From Takakia lepidozioides (lineage: Eukaryota > Plantae > Bryophyta), in the NCBI GenBank assembly GCA_030704615.1, contig CM060732.1, forward strand, positions 18,848,001 through 18,912,000: DNA of 64,000 nucleotides. Direction: 5' to 3'. Shown here piece by piece: positions 62,524-64,000 of this stretch (its first letter is position 1; each line of letters begins with the position of its first letter). Made by a program: the position numbers and the translations under genes. The notes below the pieces were generated by a model. The model was not told the origin of the DNA. It did not search any database and saw nothing but the letters and a program-made list of their open reading frames with translations.

Positions 62524-64000
62524 TGTTACACTACACATTCATATCTAATCATACATGCAATCACCATTCAACGCTCCTAGATTCCACTCTCGTCTCATTT
62601 TCTGCATATAGTGTCATACAACGTGTTCCTGCTCTGCAATTAAAAATCAATACGCACAGAGAACCATCACACACTATATGTCACAGTACTTTTGGCGGGC
62701 AATTGCATAGTTCAAATCTCACTGTTCCCAAGAACTAGTTCACTGTTCCCAATACTTAATATTCCCACTTAGTGAGATTGAACTATAACATCTACAGGTA
62801 ATCTCCCACTTTCAATTTCACTGATGACAATTTCCCAACACATCTCTGAAACGCTTGAAGGTGTGTACTGGAAGTGCCTTCGTGAATAAATCAGCGATCT
62901 GTGAATTGGTAGGGACATACAGAACTTTGAGCTCCCCTTTCTCCTGATTTTCTCTGATGACATGATATGCAACGTCCACATGTTTTGTCCTCTTAGGATA
63001 TTCAGGATTGTATGCTAGACGTATAGCACTTTGGTTGCCAGAGAACAATAGAGTAGGTTCCTACAGCGAAACTCCAAGACCGTGAAGCAGCCTTCGAGTC
63101 CAAAGAATCTCTTTTGCCGTTACAAAGGCAGCAATATACTCCAACTCTGTGGTGCTACTTGTTGTGCAGACTTGTTTTCTACTGCCCCACACAATAGGGC
63201 CCCCATTGAGTAACAACAAGTAGCCAGATCTGGATTTGCGATCATCGCCAGAATTCTATTTGCCAAGATAGATACGTCCAGAAGATCATTTCAGATTTCA
63301 GACTTGTTGATGCAAATCCAGTCTCCGTGCCAGCTGATCCGGCGAGCCATCTGGTATCTTTTTCCACGAGTACAGATGATGAACCTACAACTTCATTTCC
63401 CTACAAAGAGTTGGTGGGCAGTTTAGCATATCTTGCTATGTGCACGAGACCCGACATTTCATATGCTGTCAATAATGCAGCCAAATATTCTGCCAATCCG
63501 ACACAGATACACTACATGGCTCTGAAGAGAATTTTGAAGTACTTGATTGGCACACCGCACATGGCTATATGCTATGGTCCAACATCACAAATCATGCAGA
63601 TTATGCTAACGATCCGATTTCTAACCAAGTGAAGCCCTACATAGACTTCAGGATCATTCTTGGTGATAGTGAAAGCTTCACCCATGTAATCAAGAACATC
63701 TGTCACCTTCTGTGTTTTGACACTGCAGGCAAGACCATCATCGACAAAGATAGTGAGGATCAAATGTGTGCCTTTGCTGCTAAAATAAACACAAGGATCG
63801 GCGTCACTTGCTGTGAGATCGTATTTAGTCAAGAAAGAGTCGAATTTCTTGTTCCACGCTCGAGAGGCCTGTCGAAGGCCATAGATAGACTTTTTGAGTT
63901 GCTTAGGGGCTGGCGGATCTGTGAAGCCTAAAGGCTGATCCATGAAGATTTCCTCTGCTAAATCTCCATGGAGAAAAGCAGTTTTAACATCAAATTGGGT
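62524..64000 (-). mobile_element. Ty1/Copia fragment: RT, RNase H, PPT and probable 3' LTR (~62761-62524), with an internal inversion at ~63250-63612
   Basis: Minus strand: QFDVKTAFLHGDL.EEIFMDQPLGF, LKKSIYGLRQASRAW, IFVDDGL, NQSAIRLAYNP..RTKHVDV and QIADLFTKAL. The segment PYKELVGSL..TRPDISYAV is on the plus strand. Confidence 0.92.

Overview
Eukaryotic land-plant nuclear DNA, probably non-seed (GT-AG introns, a DYW-type PPR remnant, plant transposon families). The core is a head-to-head gene pair. ATG13 lies on the minus strand (~17.1-20.5 kb). A ~45-exon TRRAP/TRA1 PIKK pseudokinase gene lies on the plus strand (21,659-55,988); it is damaged at ~44.8-50.3 kb by an inverted LINE duplication and garbled exons, which may be consensus error. 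The left flank (1-15.2 kb) holds CACTA ends, a diverged foldback-like repeat with palindrome arrays, a broken PPR-E-DYW pseudogene and a MULE/SWIM pseudogene. The right flank (56.9-64 kb) holds a CACTA end, a hAT element with an 8-bp TSD, an L1-type LINE and a Copia fragment with an internal inversion. The most striking object is a 457-bp TRIM inserted in the LINE. It has a perfect 5-bp TSD, a PBS and a PPT, but two unrelated LTRs, one built around a near-complete tRNA cloverleaf with Pol III A/B boxes. All coordinates were read by eye and no searches were run.
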